The notes beneath the pieces are model-generated. The model had not been told where the DNA came from and made no database searches. It saw only the letters and a program-made list of their open reading frames with translations. A program made the position numbers and the translations under genes. From Thermofilum pendens Hrk 5 (lineage in GTDB: Archaea; Thermoproteota; Thermoprotei; Thermofilales; Thermofilaceae), in the NCBI RefSeq assembly GCF_000015225.1, contig NC_008698.1, positions 1,170,001-1,202,000 on the forward strand: a DNA stretch of 32,000 bases, in the 5' to 3' direction. The stretch's first letter is position 1. Each line of letters opens with the position of its first letter. Shown here in pieces: positions 30,025-32,000 of this stretch.

Positions 30025-30732
30025 GTGTTCTCCAGGTACGCCGCCCTCGTGAAGAACCTCAGGGGAGTCGTGCTCCTCGACCCCTCGGAGGAGGGCGCGA
30101 AGGAGTCGCTACGCTGGCTCGCGGAGAGGTTCAGGTACAGGAACCTCGGGTTAACGCCGGCGGCGGCCGCAAGCCTTGGGTCTCCTCAGAAGCCTTTCAG
30201 GGTCCTCGCGTACCCCCTGGAGGAGTACGAGCGCTTCGCGGGGGAGCTCGCTGGGTGCGCGGGGCTCGAGAAGGGGCTCACCGAGCTACTGGTTCTCTCC
30301 TCCCTTTACGTGTCGCCGGCTATCCTCGTGGGGTACAGGTACAGGGAGGCTCTTGGCGCGGTCGCGGTCGACGAGGTGAGGGTTCGGGGGGCTATGGGCG
30401 TCCAGCAGTGGAAGCTCCACCTGAGGATAGCCGACTACACCGTCCTGGACATGTACGAGTACTCCGTGGAGACGGCCGAGGAAGCCGTGCGGTCGTGCGG
30501 GGACGAGGCTAAGGTAGCTAGTTTGCTCGAGGAGAGGGCGAGGCGCGTGGCGGCGGACAAGAAGAGGTACTGGAGGGTGTCGAGCGGGGAGGGAGACGTC
30601 TTCATGTACTACGTGGACAACCTACGCGTGTACTGCTCGAGGTGCGGCTCCTCGGGGCTCTGCGGCAGGGACTGGCTGGCCGCGGCGCTAGCGGTGGTCC
30701 CCGTAGTGGTGGTGCCTCCAGGCATGAAGTAG
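30025..30732 (+). CDS. Hypothetical protein translationally coupled to the CARF gene
   Basis: GTG 30025 lies 4 nt after the CARF stop, and AGGTGA (30015-30020) provides an SD-like site. The 235-aa product has no motif I recognise. Its C-terminus is CSRCGSSGLCGRDWLAAALAVVPVVVVPPGMK (Cys cluster plus hydrophobic tail). Confidence 0.6.
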   Translation: MFSRYAALVKNLRGVVLLDPSEEGAKESLRWLAERFRYRNLGLTPAAAASLGSPQKPFRVLAYPLEEYERFAGELAGCAGLEKGLTELLVLSSLYVSPAILVGYRYREALGAVAVDEVRVRGAMGVQQWKLHLRIADYTVLDMYEYSVETAEEAVRSCGDEAKVASLLEERARRVAADKKRYWRVSSGEGDVFMYYVDNLRVYCSRCGSSGLCGRDWLAAALAVVPVVVVPPGMK

Positions 30733-30738
30733 CTGAAA

Positions 30739-30750
30739 TTTTTTCTTTTT
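30739..30750 (+). terminator. Oligo-T terminator TTTTTTCTTTTT
   Basis: It starts 7 nt after stop TAG 30730-30732 and is the same 12-mer as at 21658-21669. Confidence 0.5.
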
Positions 30751-30825
30751 AGAACCGCTGAAACCGGTAATTTTTACGGTTAAAACGCGAAAAGATAGAT
30801 ATTTTCCACAAGGATTGGGGGAGAG

Positions 30826-32000
30826 ATGGAAACGCCTAGGCTAATGTGCACCCAGCACCCGGACTCCACGGTCAAGGTTCCAGTCCAGGAGGAAGTCGAG
30901 GAGGCGGTGAGGAGCTTCCTCGTTTACGGTTGCGACGAAGTGATGTCTGACTACGAGGGGAAGCTTACGCCCTACGCTCAGCCGAAGGAGATAGTCGTGA
31001 AGGCGGGGGAGCTGGGAGTACCCGTGGGCGAGGGCTTCTACGTTACCGTTAGGGCTCCCAACCCGAGGCTGGAGGACTTCGACAGGGTCGACCTCGCGCT
31101 GGAAGCCGCCGTGCTGGCGAACTACTACTCGTACAAGCGGCTGGGAGTCCAGGCTGTGAGGTGGGTAGTCCTCCCCATGACGGACTCCGCGGAGACCGTT
31201 AGGCTCGTCCAGAGGCTCCTCGCCAGGAAGACCAGGGTGCTCTGCGAGGAGGTAGGCCAGCCCTGCGAGCAGGCACAGCTGGTCCCCCTCCTGGAGGACG
31301 TGGACTCGCTACTCCGGGTGCGCGAGATCCTGCGCGACCTCCACAGCGCCCTCGCCGAGCTCGGGTCCGACCCCGGGGTTCTCAGGGTCTTCCTGGGTAA
31401 GAGCGACAGCGCCTTGAAGGCGGGGCACATCGCGTCCGCCCTCTCGCTGCTCTACGCCCTCGGCGAGTCCGCGAAGGCGGGCGAGGAGCTCGGATTGGAG
31501 GTCAAGCCCATACTTGGGGGAGGCTCCCCGCCGTTCAGGGGAGGGGTGAACAACCCCCGCCTAGTCGGCGTCGAGGTGCAGCGGTACAGGGGCTACTCGA
31601 CGGTCACTGTGCAGTCGGCGGTTAGGTACGACGCCTCGTTCTCCGAGTACCAGGAGGTCCGCTCGAAGCTACTGGGAGGCGCGGGGGGAGAGCCCGGGGA
31701 CGCCGGGGGCAGGGTAGCCGAGCTGGCGCGGCTCGCGGCTTCGATGTACAGGTCGCTGGCCTCCAAGTACCTGGATTTCGTCAACGAGTATGCGCGGAGC
31801 GTCCCGACGACGAGGGACAGGGTCTCGTGGAGAGAGTACGGGAGGGCCCTGGAGCTCGAGGACAAGTTGTTCAGCGCGCCCAGGGCGATAGTCTATACGG
31901 CGGCGTGGTACTCGCTGGGGGTGCCGCCGACGTTCCTCGACGCGGACTTCGTGCTCGAGGCCTACAGGGGCGACTTCCTAGACGAGGTGCTCGGGTACCT
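30826..32000 (+). CDS. ppcA: Archaeal-type phosphoenolpyruvate carboxylase (PpcA), 3'-truncated by window edge
   Basis: Absent from the ORF track because there is no stop in the window; I translated it by hand and it stays open to nt 32000. METPRLMCTQHPDS, PMTDSAETV, FLGKSDSALKAGH, ILGGGSPPFRGG and TVQSAVRYD match atPEPC hallmarks. An AT-rich GATAGATATTTT lies about 26 nt upstream. Confidence 0.9.
   Translation, partial: METPRLMCTQHPDSTVKVPVQEEVEEAVRSFLVYGCDEVMSDYEGKLTPYAQPKEIVVKAGELGVPVGEGFYVTVRAPNPRLEDFDRVDLALEAAVLANYYSYKRLGVQAVRWVVLPMTDSAETVRLVQRLLARKTRVLCEEVGQPCEQAQLVPLLEDVDSLLRVREILRDLHSALAELGSDPGVLRVFLGKSDSALKAGHIASALSLLYALGESAKAGEELGLEVKPILGGGSPPFRGGVNNPRLVGVEVQRYRGYSTVTVQSAVRYDASFSEYQEVRSKLLGGAGGEPGDAGGRVAELARLAASMYRSLASKYLDFVNEYARSVPTTRDRVSWREYGRALELEDKLFSAPRAIVYTAAWYSLGVPPTFLDADFVLEAYRGDFLDEVLGY

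Noticed and set aside
1-32000. Search for CRISPR arrays, cas genes, transposases or integrases near the CARF gene and elsewhere.
   Set aside because: I saw no regularly spaced direct repeats and no ORF with Cas, transposase or integrase motifs. The absence is by eye only and applies only to this window.

Overview
Gene-dense, high-GC window (about 60% by eye). No rRNA, tRNA, CRISPR array or transposase was recognised. Several features point to an archaeon, probably a hyperthermophilic crenarchaeon (inference): an archaeal-type PEP carboxylase, Alba and NikR; TTTAAA-type TATA boxes about 25-30 nt upstream of start codons; oligo-T terminators; and GGTG-type SD motifs inside operons. I support about 34 protein genes. 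Left to right: a nitrilase-family hydrolase (5' cut), a HAD hydrolase, a methyltransferase-like protein, a radical SAM/SPASM enzyme, NikR, and a YbaK-type deacylase with a ConA-like protein. Then come a wHTH-VIT1 fusion, uridine phosphorylase and RpiB, and a three-gene unknown operon. A Dpp/Opp-type ABC operon follows (SBP, 2 permeases, 2 ATPases). Next is a lower-GC two-gene cassette related to di-myo-inositol-phosphate synthesis (IPCT-like and DIPPS-like), then a HEPN/MNT pair and a second radical SAM enzyme. After that come a CUT1 sugar ABC operon (SBP plus 2 permeases, no ATPase), an FdhD-like protein, a second jelly-roll-like protein, a membrane-anchored wHTH protein and Alba. The window ends with a COG1373-type AAA+ ATPase, a CARF-domain protein coupled to an unknown 235-aa protein, and the 5' part of archaeal PEPC. 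The ORF track uses ATG, GTG and TTG and always takes the longest ORF, so several starts were trimmed. Many long antisense ORFs are high-GC artefacts. Most notable observations: (1) an orphan CARF protein translationally coupled to an uncharacterised protein, with no cas genes or CRISPR in the window; (2) tandem IPCT-DIPPS-like paralogues with reciprocal loss of catalytic motifs; (3) a family-5 substrate-binding protein that reads as a circular permutation of the canonical fold; (4) a formal -1 frameshift heptamer plus hairpin exactly where two unknown ORFs overlap.
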